Shown piece by piece: positions 63,198 through 64,000 of a stretch of 64,000 nucleotides of DNA. How positions within the stretch are numbered: the first letter of the stretch is position 1; the number at the start of each line of letters is the position of its first letter. The DNA is from Callorhinchus milii (Eukaryota), in the NCBI RefSeq assembly GCF_018977255.1, contig NW_024704742.1, positions 5,334,001 through 5,398,000 of the forward strand. The letters are read 5' to 3'. The position numbers and the translations under genes were made by a program. The notes beneath the pieces are model-generated. The model was not told where the DNA came from. It made no database searches and saw only the letters and a program-made list of their open reading frames with translations.

Positions 63198-63556
63198 ATA
63201 ATAATAATCCTTGCATTTGATTATAGGACCTTATCACATCTTCGAGACATCTCAAAGCGCTTCAGAATATGCTGTAAAGTCTATTGACTGCATATTTTGT
63301 GGGCGAAACGCAGCAGCCAATTATACACAGTAGTGTCTCACAACAGTCGTGGATTGAGTGACCAAAATGTTTTTTTTTTAAAAAGGTATTATCATCCCCG
63401 GAAAAGCGATCCGCCAATCGACTAAAACCGGGTTCCTACTTACTGCTGGGGTGTGTGGAGTAAGGAAACATGTTCAACATTTCGCTCTGCCGGGAATCTA
63501 AACCCAGGTCTCTCGCTTGCGAGGTGAGCGCTCTAACCACTGAGCTACAGGACTTC
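63198..63556 (-). mobile_element. Near full-length tRNA-derived SINE
   Basis: Same family. Confidence 0.92.
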
Positions 63557-64000
63557 ACAATCTCGTCAGAATTCTGCTGATAGAAGATATATGTCCCAAG
63601 GATCTCAAAGCCAATCCTCCATTTTATTCAGACTCCAATGCTAAAGACTCCAGCGCCTTGGAACGTCCTCTCGACGTGAAAGGCGCTATACAAATGTAAT
63701 CTTGTTGTTGTAAAACACAGTCCACCAAAGCTCCCAAATTTTAGGTTTTTTTTTTGCTAATTGCTGCCTGTGCTAGTGGATGTTGAATTCCTGCAAGCAC
63801 TCACACTCATTTACCACTTGTGCTAAATATTCCTGCCAGGATTTAACAGCACTTAAACTGTGGCAGCTTCACTGAAATTTGTACATGTTAAGAAAATCGG
63901 AAACTAATTTCGATGCGGAAATAAAATAATTTCGAAAAATTGCAGGTTTCGTACATTTTTTATCATCTGTAAACCTATAACTATAATTAATATATTGTCT

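Noticed and set aside
1..64000. CRISPR arrays, operons or other prokaryotic systems
   Set aside because: The sequence is intron-rich vertebrate DNA; the recurring motifs are dispersed SINE and LINE parts, not regularly spaced repeat-spacer units.

Overview
Vertebrate nuclear DNA, most likely from a cartilaginous fish and possibly a holocephalan; this is inferred from the repeat content (Deu-domain tRNA-SINEs, CR1 and L2 LINEs). The window holds two convergent genes. On the + strand is a TspanC8 tetraspanin, TSPAN5 by C-terminus and synteny: coding exons 2-8 at 25683-42189, with exon 1 not found and probably upstream. On the - strand is RAP1GDS1/SmgGDS: its last ten coding exons at 62587-47436, with the 5' exons beyond the right edge. 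Every exon has GT-AG boundaries and splices into an open frame. Most of the rest is SINE, LINE and microsatellite sequence, and nearly all ORF-track entries are non-coding. The standout feature is a ~99%-identical 507-bp copy of RAP1GDS1's own last-exon end plus 3'UTR, fused to an L2/SINE-type (GTT)n tail and flanked by a 6-bp duplication (TGGGAA). It is inserted inside the polypyrimidine tract of the gene's own penultimate exon. The displaced native tract now precedes a new CAG, giving a candidate alternative terminal exon with a stop codon and an AATAAA, while the retroelement tail supplies the tract for the real exon. A 268-bp foldback palindrome lies about 125 bp away.
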